Shown one piece after another: positions 60,865 to 64,000 of a stretch of DNA of 64,000 bases. Position 1 is the first letter of the stretch. Every line of letters starts with the position of its first letter. Under the pieces are notes generated by a model, which searched no databases, was not told where the DNA came from, and was given only the letters and a program-made list of their open reading frames with translations. The translations under genes and the position numbers were made by a program. Source of the DNA: Chrysomallon squamiferum (taxonomy: Eukaryota; Animalia; Mollusca); assembly GCA_012295275.1 (NCBI GenBank), contig CM022674.1:3472001-3536000 (forward strand), written 5' to 3'.

Positions 60865-61211
60865 GTTATCTGATAAAAGTGTTTTTATCTTCCGACAAAA
60901 AAACCCACACAAAACAAAACAATGAATATTCTTGGGCAATGGGGGTCCAACTGAACACACTACAAGAGTTGAGGCTGGATCGTTTAGACACAGATTCTAT
61001 ATCGGATTCAGTTAGAGCCAAGCCAACTCTGTAGTAACCTGCCCTAGACAGAAATATTTCCATATGAGTAGAATTCCCGTGACAAATATCAAAGTCGATT
61101 TTTTTCAAATCATAGTTATATTATCCCAGATATAACTTACTTCCAACATAGTTTGTTACATAATCATAATAATAATAACAATAATAATAATAATAGTAAT
61201 AGTAATCATAA

Positions 61212-61264
<53 letters not shown>

Positions 61265-61807
61265 GAACAAAACTTTCTATTCGTGGCATTCAGTACTTGT
61301 TTTATTATTCTTATTCTGCTCTTGTAAGATCGAAGTTTTTGGCGAGAGACTCCTGGACATTTTCCTGTTCTATGCAGTGCCAGTGACTGTTCTGTCGAAA
61401 ACTGACTTGCGTCCTGTCCACATAAAATAATTTTTGCTGTCCGTTAGCAAATTGTAACAGATTTCCTCTCGAGAATTTACGAGAATCGTGTTAGCAATTT
61501 TTCCAAAAAGTTATAAACAGCATTCTGTAATAAATGCCAGCTATTTAATAAATTAATAAAAAAGAAAAGATAATTTCGTTCTGCAAAAATAATACGGTAT
61601 CCATTTAGTAAGAAAATGTTGCCCATTCTCTAAAAAAGCAGTAAAGTATGCATTATGTGTGGGGTGAATAGACAGACACATTTTCATATTACTGGACTGG
61701 GATTTACCTCGTCTGTATCCTTCACTTAAAAACTGGATGCTCAGTAAATCCTTCAGATCAGAAAGTTTTTCATAATACATTAATATATCTATCTATCTAT
61801 CTATCGG

Positions 61808-64000
<2,193 letters not shown>

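Overview
AT-rich, microsatellite-saturated eukaryotic (invertebrate, probably molluscan; inference) genomic DNA with one 200-N scaffold gap (47502-47701). Nearly all ORF-track entries are simple-repeat artefacts. Hidden between the microsatellites is a cluster of intron-rich paralogous genes that the ORF track misses because the exons are only 46-142 nt. They encode a signal peptide (MAKLVIFLAVLVFAT), then 2 to 4 copies of a ~85-100 aa disulfide-rich domain (C-x10-C-x8/16-C-x5/6-C-x8-C-x9-C-x18-C-x8-CP, each encoded by a 3-exon phase 1-2/2-1/1-1 module), then a GPI-anchor-like C-terminus. Gene A (minus) has at least 3 domains and runs off the left edge. Gene B (minus) has 2 domains. Gene C (minus) has 4 domains, with exon 1 missing at the gap. 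Gene D (plus) has exons 1-2, runs off the right edge and is an inverted near-copy of gene C. The domain exons diverge far faster than the neighbouring intron, and Cys3/Cys7 are lost together. Also present: shared Tigger/pogo and TA-MITE insertions, a decayed Gypsy gag-protease fragment, amplified upstream blocks, a 24-bp minisatellite and a divergently oriented pseudogene.
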